From Bacteroidota bacterium (GTDB lineage: Bacteria > Bacteroidota > Bacteroidia > Bacteroidales > JABHKC01), in the NCBI GenBank assembly GCA_018692315.1, contig JABHKC010000028.1, positions 70,630 to 134,629 of the forward strand: 64,000 nucleotides of DNA. The letters run 5' to 3'. Below are positions 57,227 to 64,000 of the stretch, one piece after another (the stretch's first letter is position 1; each line of letters begins with the position of its first letter). Made by a program: the position numbers and the translations under genes. The notes under the pieces are model-generated. The model ran no database searches. It saw nothing but the letters and a program-made list of their open reading frames with translations, and had not been told where the DNA came from.

Positions 57227-58009
57227 TTACCAATCCATATTTTTCTCATAACCAAGTTCTATGAGTGCTTGCCCCGCAATATCTTTGAATGCTTTTTTGT
57301 GATTTTCGGTGAAATGATTTTTCCAATCGCCGGCAACTCCTTTTCTGTAGTGGCTTTTCTGATCTTCCTGTCCTTCGGTACGGCCTTTAGCTTTCGCCGA
57401 AAAACGGTTGTAGTAGGCTGCCGCCATGAATTTTCCAATAGGAAGTCGGTCATTGTTTTTCAAATTTTGTGGCGACTCTTTATCATAAACCAAATCTAAA
57501 AATTTAAAAACATCAATCAGTCTCTCATAAGGATTTCCCATAAACTCTTCCATTTTCAGTTCCATGATATTTGGGTTGGAATAGTCCCATGAGCTTATGT
57601 GATTGATAAGGTTTGTGGATCTTTCAATTTCTGACATTAGGCCATCTTCTTTCGAAGAGGTTTGAAGTTTGTCTCTTATTTCGACTAACTGTGTCCAGGC
57701 CTGGGTCGAGTGAGAATATAGATGTGAATAATAGCCAGAGACTACAATGTCTCTTGGGTCTCGAATCACATGAAAGCCTTTGTGATTTTTCAGATCTTTA
57801 ATAAATTTCCATTGTGCATTTATAAAAGAATAAAAATCCATTTGGTTGCCTTCGACAAATTTAGGCAGGTCTTTGTCGAACTGACTAGCATTATGATGAC
57901 TCACATATTTTATTTTCAAAAGTGCGCTGACATCGGTGATGATAGCTTTGAACCATTGCGTGCCACATTTGTGATGTCCGAAATAGGTTAATAGTGGTTT
58001 ATTTTCCAT
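57227..58009 (-). CDS. Sulfotransferase (Sulfotransfer_1-type, cytosolic-ST-like)
   Basis: 5'-PSB HHKCGTQWF, 3'-PB HVIRDPRDIVVSGYYS and C-terminal RKGVAGDWKNHFT. Confidence 0.9.
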   Translation of the reverse strand: MENKPLLTYFGHHKCGTQWFKAIITDVSALLKIKYVSHHNASQFDKDLPKFVEGNQMDFYSFINAQWKFIKDLKNHKGFHVIRDPRDIVVSGYYSHLYSHSTQAWTQLVEIRDKLQTSSKEDGLMSEIERSTNLINHISSWDYSNPNIMELKMEEFMGNPYERLIDVFKFLDLVYDKESPQNLKNNDRLPIGKFMAAAYYNRFSAKAKGRTEGQEDQKSHYRKGVAGDWKNHFTENHKKAFKDIAGQALIELGYEKNMDW

Positions 58010-58063
58010 GATTTTATTTTTGATAATTATTTTTTAGTCTTATGTTTTATAAAAAAATTCACT

Positions 58064-58807
58064 TTATTCTTCTAAGTATTTTTCGTACGGAGTGCCTGAT
58101 AGTCTAGCACATAATTGCTTATAATTTACAATTCTATCTTTAAGTTTTTTCTCATTTTGCTTTTTAAATCGTATCTCCAATAAATCAGGGTTTGGCTCTA
58201 CCTCCAAAAAACTTAAGAGTTTTTTCTGGTTTTCTATTTCTAATAAAGTTTCGTACTCAAGCGATATCATTCTTTGGTTTCTTGTTTTTGCAATATTCTC
58301 GAATTGCTCGAAATACAGCCTTTTTCTATTTTCATAGTATAGAAATTTTTCGATGTCGAGAAATATTTTTTGTGACTTATTTAATCGGTCTTTTTTGTCG
58401 ATAGTAATATCATATACTCCAGACTGTTCGGCCTCAAGCTGCGATACTCTTGAGAGTAAATAATTCTTTCGCTTCAAGAAAACTTTGTCGATATCATCTC
58501 TGTTTGCAATTTTCTTCATGAATGAGTTATTCTGATCCTGAAAAATTTTAAATCCTATTGCTTTAGTTTTTTCTGAAAGTGCTTGCGAAAGCACGAAATT
58601 CAAAAATTTCTGGGGTCTTTCATTTCTTGTTTCTTTGGTGAAATGTTTGCTCCAGTCGAAATCGTACATACCTGAATAGTAAATATCATCTACATGAAAA
58701 ATTTCGTAATGACACACTATTTCGGGATGTGCATCTAAAGCACCGACCAACATATTTGAGCCTGTTCTAGGAATGCTAATTATTGCAAATTTCCTTATAT
58801 TTTCCAT
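58064..58807 (-). CDS. Sulfotransferase (Stf0/NodH-like)
   Basis: P-loop-like SIPRTGSNML and the second motif FLKRKNYLLSRVSQLEAEQSG. Confidence 0.7.
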   Translation of the reverse strand: MENIRKFAIISIPRTGSNMLVGALDAHPEIVCHYEIFHVDDIYYSGMYDFDWSKHFTKETRNERPQKFLNFVLSQALSEKTKAIGFKIFQDQNNSFMKKIANRDDIDKVFLKRKNYLLSRVSQLEAEQSGVYDITIDKKDRLNKSQKIFLDIEKFLYYENRKRLYFEQFENIAKTRNQRMISLEYETLLEIENQKKLLSFLEVEPNPDLLEIRFKKQNEKKLKDRIVNYKQLCARLSGTPYEKYLEE

Positions 58808-58815
58808 TATTAATT

Positions 58816-60009
58816 CTATTTTAAAAAGACATCATCCATTTTGTAAAAAATCTCTTCTTCGGTATAGTTTTGTTGAAAATACTCGTAAGCTTCTCTTGAA
58901 ATTTTGTTTCTGTATTCTTGATTTTCAATAAGGTCTCTTATGTGCATTGCGTAAAGCTCGGCATTGTTCGTAACTATGCAACCATTTTTTGACGAATCTT
59001 CCATTCCAACAATTCCTAAGTCGGTAGTAACACAAGGCAATCCGAACGATAAAGATTCAATCACCTTGATTTTCAAGCCAGTTCCGCCAAACATAGGACA
59101 AATTGTAATTTTGCTTGAATGATAGTATGGCTCTAACTCTTCGGCAAAATTTACAAAGTCATAGTTGCTGTATTTATTTTTGTATCTATCTAAATGTTCA
59201 TTGACTTTTCCTATGATTGTAATTTTATAATCGGGGTTTAAGAAGGGAACTACTTTTTCGAAAAACCATATCATACCATCGCGGTTAAACTGATTGTTTG
59301 AACCTACATATGTGATATCTATGGTCTTTTCGTTTTCGGTTCTCATTTCCATAAGTGGCATCATGTGTGGAATATGGTAGAACTTTGGTTTTTTGCAAAA
59401 TCGTTCGAAAAAGGCCATTTCTTCTTTAGAAATACATATAACTTTGTCGAAATAATTTGTCCTTTTTATTTCTTCTCCGAGATAGTTACCAATATTTATT
59501 TTCCCATTGCTTTTATCAAAATAATTTAAAGACATAAAATCTTCGATTGTCATAAAAGTTGTTATGCTTCTATCGATATTTTTGATAAGGTTTGCCCACA
59601 TTGGATATGTGATTAAGACCATATCATACTTTCTGGTTTTCAGTATTTTGTTGTATTGCTCCTGAAGGTTTTGATAGGCATAATCCGGAAATTGATTGCT
59701 GTCTAAAAAATCTGTCTGTTTGCCTTCTTTCCGGGAAATTAAGCCTGATATTTTTTTTGAAAGTTTGGTTTTTTTGTAATGATGTACATCTTTGTCATTA
59801 ACATAAAGATTATCAATCATATGCTCTATTTCGTTCGACATAACCATTACATCGTTCCAAGGGTCTCCAAAACTTTTATGGCTAATCATATCAATCTGAA
59901 TACCACGCGATTTCAAATACTTAAAGATTTGCATATATCTGGTATGAACGCCGTGTGCTTTTGTAAATGGATTGTATGGATATTGAATAAGTATTCTTTT
60001 AGAACTCAT
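58816..60009 (-). CDS. Glycosyltransferase, GT-B fold (family 4-like)
   Basis: 397 aa with the C-terminal nucleotide-sugar binding region FGGTGLKIKVIESLSFGLPCVTT (E-x7-E type). Confidence 0.85.
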   Translation of the reverse strand: MSSKRILIQYPYNPFTKAHGVHTRYMQIFKYLKSRGIQIDMISHKSFGDPWNDVMVMSNEIEHMIDNLYVNDKDVHHYKKTKLSKKISGLISRKEGKQTDFLDSNQFPDYAYQNLQEQYNKILKTRKYDMVLITYPMWANLIKNIDRSITTFMTIEDFMSLNYFDKSNGKINIGNYLGEEIKRTNYFDKVICISKEEMAFFERFCKKPKFYHIPHMMPLMEMRTENEKTIDITYVGSNNQFNRDGMIWFFEKVVPFLNPDYKITIIGKVNEHLDRYKNKYSNYDFVNFAEELEPYYHSSKITICPMFGGTGLKIKVIESLSFGLPCVTTDLGIVGMEDSSKNGCIVTNNAELYAMHIRDLIENQEYRNKISREAYEYFQQNYTEEEIFYKMDDVFLK

Positions 60010-60061
60010 ATTATATTGATATTTGACTTATTACTATTCGAAAATTCATTTAACTGTATTT

Positions 60062-61849
60062 TCAATTTCTATTAAGTAGATGATGACATAGATTTACTTT
60101 TAATTCTGAAACAAGCGAACCATAGCCATAGCGCATCATCTTTCCTTTTGCTTTTTTATACAATTTTACTTTTTCGCTAAGCGACATTTCATAACTTTTA
60201 TATTGAGAAACTTTTTTCAAAAAGCCTTCATTTATTTTGATCGAATCCTGATGATATGGTATATCAATAAATTTATAGATTTTCTTTGCTTCTTCTTCAA
60301 TGTTTTTGGCAAGCTCTTCTATTTTAATTATATGGAAATTGTCTGGCTTTAGATTTTTGTATTTTTCAATTTCCTGAATTTTTTGCAGCCACTGGTTTAT
60401 TGTTTCATCAAATTTGTCTTTATAAGTTTGGTCAGAAAAAATTAATTGACCGGAGTTTTTTAAGGACACTATTTTACTGATTGGGTTACTAATTACTGCA
60501 ATTATTCTGGCTTCTGGATAAAATCTGGTTATTATTTCGAGAGCATCAATATTGACAGCAGATTTTTCCATCCATATAGTGCGGTTGATATTTTTGGGTT
60601 TTACATTTTCAATCATATTGTCTATCACTACAATTTCGTATAGCATTTTTGGCGAGAGCGATTTGTTTCTCGACAATTTTATAATGTATTCTTCGGCATT
60701 TATCGAGAATGGAATAATTTTTCTAATAACATTGATTGTTCTGTCAATAGAATCGAAAAGTATGCTATCGTTCTCAACTTCAAACTGTTTTTTTACAACA
60801 TCGAAAAAATGCAAATTTGGGATAGAGTATATTTTTGAGTTTGAATTTATTATTGAGTGTATGAAATTTACGTGAAGTTGTTCTTGCCCTATAACAAAAA
60901 TAGGATCTTGTCGTAGCCGCTGGTGTTTGAAGTGAAGCCACGAACTGCTATGTCTAAAATCTTTATGATAAATATTTTCAGGTTTGTCTTGTAACTTATA
61001 TTTAGGTCTGTTGTCTGTTTGATTATTATTAGAAAGAAGAATTGTTGGGTCGTATTTGTTATGAAAATTGTAAAAATTTGTGATGATTTTACTATTCTTT
61101 GCTTTTTGTTCTTTCATCAATATAACCAAAACCTTCAATAATTCTTGCTCGTTATATGAGTGAAACAATTGGTGGGTATTGGTCCTGATTTTTTCGGCTT
61201 TTTCGCTACAAAATATTAGCTTTTTCTCCTTAACAAAATTAAATTCGTTTGAATAGGTAAATATATTACTAATTAGAATTCTGCTTGTCCAATTGCTTCG
61301 GGCACATGAATTTGCCAGAATAAATTTCTTGTATATTTTTCGTGGAAACACAAATGCGTTAAATCCGGCGTTTTCTTCACCATTTTCTTTAAACATTTGC
61401 GGGATTTGCTCTATTCTGCAAAAATCGCCTTTTACAATTTTATTTTTTATGACAAAACCATCAATTCCTTTATCTATCAATTTATTTACTTCAGTATAGA
61501 ATTCGGGCATCAAAGCTACGTCTGGCGACGAAAGGATAAAATAATCTGCATTGCTATTTTGATATAGTCTGTCGAGAATGTCTTTTAGCAATGGACGCTT
61601 TTGTTTTAAGTGAAACGACTTTATAACATAAGCAGACCTTGTGAGTGGTTTTGTTTTTTTGAGATAGCTTGGAACAATTTTTTCATCTTCCGGATAATAG
61701 GCAACATATTGTTCAACATCAACAATGTTGTCTGCTTTCGACTTAGCTATTTTCATTGTTTCAAATGCAATATTTTGGATTGCTTCTGAATCTTTGTTAT
61801 CCTTGTCGAACACCGGATGTGTTATATGTGCCAAGCTCCTTTTTGTCAT
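60062..61849 (-). CDS. Two-domain hypothetical protein: N-terminal GT-A-like region, C-terminal degenerate sulfotransferase-like region
   Basis: First gene of the cluster. The C-terminal half has DPIFVIGQEQ (where PAPS-loop R-S-G-T-T is expected) and RIIAVISNPISKIVSL (3'-PB-like). The assignment is weak. Confidence 0.4.
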   Translation of the reverse strand: MTKRSLAHITHPVFDKDNKDSEAIQNIAFETMKIAKSKADNIVDVEQYVAYYPEDEKIVPSYLKKTKPLTRSAYVIKSFHLKQKRPLLKDILDRLYQNSNADYFILSSPDVALMPEFYTEVNKLIDKGIDGFVIKNKIVKGDFCRIEQIPQMFKENGEENAGFNAFVFPRKIYKKFILANSCARSNWTSRILISNIFTYSNEFNFVKEKKLIFCSEKAEKIRTNTHQLFHSYNEQELLKVLVILMKEQKAKNSKIITNFYNFHNKYDPTILLSNNNQTDNRPKYKLQDKPENIYHKDFRHSSSWLHFKHQRLRQDPIFVIGQEQLHVNFIHSIINSNSKIYSIPNLHFFDVVKKQFEVENDSILFDSIDRTINVIRKIIPFSINAEEYIIKLSRNKSLSPKMLYEIVVIDNMIENVKPKNINRTIWMEKSAVNIDALEIITRFYPEARIIAVISNPISKIVSLKNSGQLIFSDQTYKDKFDETINQWLQKIQEIEKYKNLKPDNFHIIKIEELAKNIEEEAKKIYKFIDIPYHQDSIKINEGFLKKVSQYKSYEMSLSEKVKLYKKAKGKMMRYGYGSLVSELKVNLCHHLLNRN

Positions 61850-62256
61850 TAGGTAGTTTGCATAATTGAATTTATCAATTAAAGCATGTGTATATTATTG
61901 TAGAATGTTTGTAAATTTTGGTAGAATTTTCGTGGCTAAATAAAGGAATTTATGTAATTCAGCACTGCAAATAGATTGGTATTTTTCCAAATTGCCTTTC
62001 ATTCGATATTACAATTTGGTTCTTGATATTTCCTAAGGTTTCAGATATTAAATATTTAGAGAAGAAATATTTCTGGAAAGCTAATGTTATTTTAGTGGCT
62101 TTTATAATTTTCACGATAGAGTTTTTTTTATTGAAAGTTAATAAAATTTGTTGCATCCTAGTATTGCAAATGGTCTATACTTTCCGTTTTCAGAGAAAGT
62201 AATTATTTGTTTCTTTCTTCAAATCTATGTTTAGTTAATACAAAAAAATCTTGTAG

Positions 62257-62287
62257 CAAAAGTAATAATGATTTCTTTTTTGGCAAA
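62257..62287 (-). promoter_or_regulatory. Bacteroidota-type promoter upstream of the whole 61.8-43.8 kb cluster
   Basis: On the minus strand, TTTG (62287-62284), a 19-nt spacer, then TACTTTTG (62264-57). Same geometry and flanks as the copy at 56255-56285. About 400 nt upstream of the ATG at 61849. Confidence 0.5.
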
Positions 62288-62359
62288 TTCTTGTATTAAA
62301 TTCTAGTTATTAGATTTCTGTTTTATTTGGAATTCAACTTTATACAATAGAAAAGAATC

Positions 62360-63067
62360 CTAACATCTTGCGGTTTTTCTCTTCTTTCCTAGATTTCCTC
62401 TATCTTCTACTTTTTCAATATAGTTTTTCGCTAAGGGAACTTTACATGCCGTGCCTCCCATATTCACTTCTACTTTTCCAACCATAGCTGCAATTTTTTT
62501 CGATTTTTCATTCAATTCAATAATGTATGAACCAATTGCGATAAGGAATCCATTCATTGCATACCTTACTCTGTTTTTAGCTTGGTGGATTTCTTTTTCA
62601 ACTGAATCAAGCAATTTGCTGTAGGTTTTAATATCTAAATCTTCATCTTTGTTAACTCCTGCATAATAGGCTAATGTAGCCCATCCTGCAGCAGCAATTC
62701 TTTCTTCTTTAGATTTTATCCATTCCATTCCAAGTTCAAATCCGAAATCGGTTTCGGCGGCAACCCATGGAACTGCATATTCGCTCAAATAATGCCAATA
62801 AGCTTTGTCAACCCATTCGTTCAGTTGTTCTTTTGTAATTTGTTTTTCGTCTGCCATCAGTCCGGCCAAATACATCGCATCTGTATTTCCGGTTTTATAA
62901 AGCTCTAAGGAAAGCTCATGATTTTTTTTGGTTTTTTTAAGTATTTTTTTTAAATCTGCTACTTTTACTCCAAAGAATGGTTCTTTAGCGCCGTGCTTTT
63001 TTAAGGTTTTTTTGGTATTTTCATCCCCGAATTCTTCGAGCTTCTTCATTATTTCTTCAACAGTCAT
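62360..63067 (-). CDS. DNA alkylation repair protein-like (HEAT-repeat, AlkD/AlkC-related family)
   Basis: 235 aa, all-helical. The N-terminus (EEIMKKLEEFGDENTKKTLKKHGAKEPFFGVKVADLKKILKK) is typical of the family annotated as DNA alkylation repair enzyme. Confidence 0.55.
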   Translation of the reverse strand: MTVEEIMKKLEEFGDENTKKTLKKHGAKEPFFGVKVADLKKILKKTKKNHELSLELYKTGNTDAMYLAGLMADEKQITKEQLNEWVDKAYWHYLSEYAVPWVAAETDFGFELGMEWIKSKEERIAAAGWATLAYYAGVNKDEDLDIKTYSKLLDSVEKEIHQAKNRVRYAMNGFLIAIGSYIIELNEKSKKIAAMVGKVEVNMGGTACKVPLAKNYIEKVEDRGNLGKKRKTARC

Positions 63068-63184
63068 TTTTATATTTTAGTTTTAATAAATTCCATTAAT
63101 TATTTTTATTAGTTAAATATAAAATTTAACTCAACAAAAATAGAAATTCTAAATAATTAAAAAAACCAGTTGAAGGACAGGATA

Positions 63185-63667
63185 TTAGCTCAAAATAGCT
63201 TGCTCAGGAATATTTTTATTGATAATTTCAATTTTGTTTATTTTCTGAATTGATTTAGGATTAGGACTTATTTTCCAGCTCCAAATTCTACCATTGTAAC
63301 TATCAAATTCTACGCTGTATTTATTATTATTTGCTTTAAAATCAATTATTGCTATTTTTATCATATCCGAGTTTTTATACTGTATCTCAGCAGGAATTTG
63401 AGTTTTATCATTTCCAAACAATTCAACAGAAATACAATTTTCCCAGTAGCGCCTCCATTGTCTTTTTTGTTCGAAATAGACAATTTGTTTTTGCAATTTT
63501 TTATTTATCGCCGGAGGAAACAAACTATATAGTTCCGTTAATAATTTTTTCTCAAGAGGAGTATATCCATTATTATTAAATTTTGGCTTTTTCTTTTGCA
63601 CTGCAATAAGTAAAGCCAGGATTATAAGTATAATTAAGCTAGCTGAAATAATAATGAATATTTTCAT
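63185..63667 (-). CDS. Hypothetical membrane-anchored protein
   Basis: 160-aa ORF with an N-terminal TM helix. No family recognised. Confidence 0.45.
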   Translation of the reverse strand: MKIFIIISASLIILIILALLIAVQKKKPKFNNNGYTPLEKKLLTELYSLFPPAINKKLQKQIVYFEQKRQWRRYWENCISVELFGNDKTQIPAEIQYKNSDMIKIAIIDFKANNNKYSVEFDSYNGRIWSWKISPNPKSIQKINKIEIINKNIPEQAILS

Positions 63668-63750
63668 CTAATTTCCTCCTATATAATTTTTGAGTAACAA
63701 TTTCATCTTCATAACAAAACATTTATTTTGCTGAAAGATTGTTCAAAAAA

Positions 63751-63948
63751 TTATTGGATATATTCATTTGCTTTTTGTTTTATTAACCAAAATATATCGT
63801 TACCTGGCAATACTATTTCAGAATGTGTATTGGTAAAAATTATTATGGCTGTTTTGCTTTTTGGATGAATCTCTAAAGTTGTGGCTGTGCCTAAAATTAA
63901 GCCTCCTGTATGACCAAACCAATTGCAGATTGATGATTTCCACACCAA
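63751..63948 (-). CDS. C-terminal segment of a serine hydrolase (beta-lactamase/transpeptidase-like family), possibly disrupted
   Basis: WFGHTGGLILGTATTLEIHPKSKTAIIIFTN fits the class C beta-lactamase-family C-terminal motif (GHtGg..G....l...P......vv.ltN). An in-frame stop at 63994-63996 and the absence of an ATG suggest a fragment. The window ends at 64000. Confidence 0.35.
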   Translation of the reverse strand: MVWKSSICNWFGHTGGLILGTATTLEIHPKSKTAIIIFTNTHSEIVLPGNDIFWLIKQKANEYIQ

Positions 63949-64000
63949 ACATCTACCTGAAGCTTGATTTTGAATTTCGAGAATTTTATTGATTTACCAT

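Noticed and set aside
61959-62156. 65-aa ORF in the leader between the predicted promoter and the first cluster gene
   Set aside because: No motif, no plausible ribosome-binding context, and a Lys/Ile/Phe-rich composition typical of AT-rich non-coding sequence. It is treated as part of the 5' leader.
62222-62317. Possible invertible promoter (inverton): the cassette at 62243-62290 is flanked by AAATCTA...TTAATACA and TGTATTAA...TAGATTT
   Set aside because: The inverted repeat is short and interrupted (8 + 7 matching bases), and the flanked segment is only about 48 bp. The other promoter copy at 56.2 kb has no such flanks, and no site-specific recombinase gene is in the window. This is probably chance in AT-rich DNA, though read-orientation analysis could test it.
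1-64000. Search for rRNA, tRNA, tmRNA and CRISPR arrays in all intergenic gaps
   Set aside because: No cloverleaf-capable GC-rich 70-90-nt segments, no rRNA-like conserved strings and no regularly spaced direct repeats were seen. The only tandem repeats are the 7-bp and 9-bp microsatellites reported above.

Overview
Low-GC window, apparently from an FCB-group/Bacteroidota-like and probably anaerobic bacterium. Supporting traits are a T9SS C-terminal sorting domain, FISUMP repeats, a gingipain-type C25 peptidase, TAnnTTTG-type promoters and an XrtN-type exosortase. Left third (1-22.6 kb) is mostly housekeeping: two tandem Cys-rich zinc-ribbon paralogues converging on hypFCDE ([NiFe]-hydrogenase maturation), an MBL hydrolase, a WtpABC-like molybdate/tungstate importer, rlmD, parC, an ECF sigma/anti-sigma pair, rsgA, a membrane-anchored RdhA-like Fe-S protein and a GH20 hexosaminidase. 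Middle (22.7-43.6 kb): an exosortase-EpsI fusion is translationally coupled to a polytopic VIT-domain protein ending in a PEP-CTERM-like tail. Next comes decayed mobile/defence debris (hsdS 3' fragment, ORF-less group II intron 5' fragment, truncated antitoxin-like ORF) beside a visibly GC-richer SLC12-type cation-chloride cotransporter homologue. This section also holds msrBA, an FtsX-type permease, a 1903-aa C25 protease with unassigned C-terminal repeat modules, and an M16 peptidase. Right third (43.8-61.9 kb, all minus strand) is the most interesting part, a 15-gene envelope-modification cluster. It combines a Dlt-like acyl relay with four or five sulfotransferases, a GT4 glycosyltransferase and an embedded T9SS cargo protein. 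The relay has a stand-alone adenylation enzyme, an 83-aa carrier protein, three DltD-like SGNH proteins and two MBOATs that both end in EFIYFQF, which resembles the DltX tyrosine-shuttle motif. I found no rRNA, tRNA or CRISPR array. All calls rest on manual reading of motifs; no database search was run.
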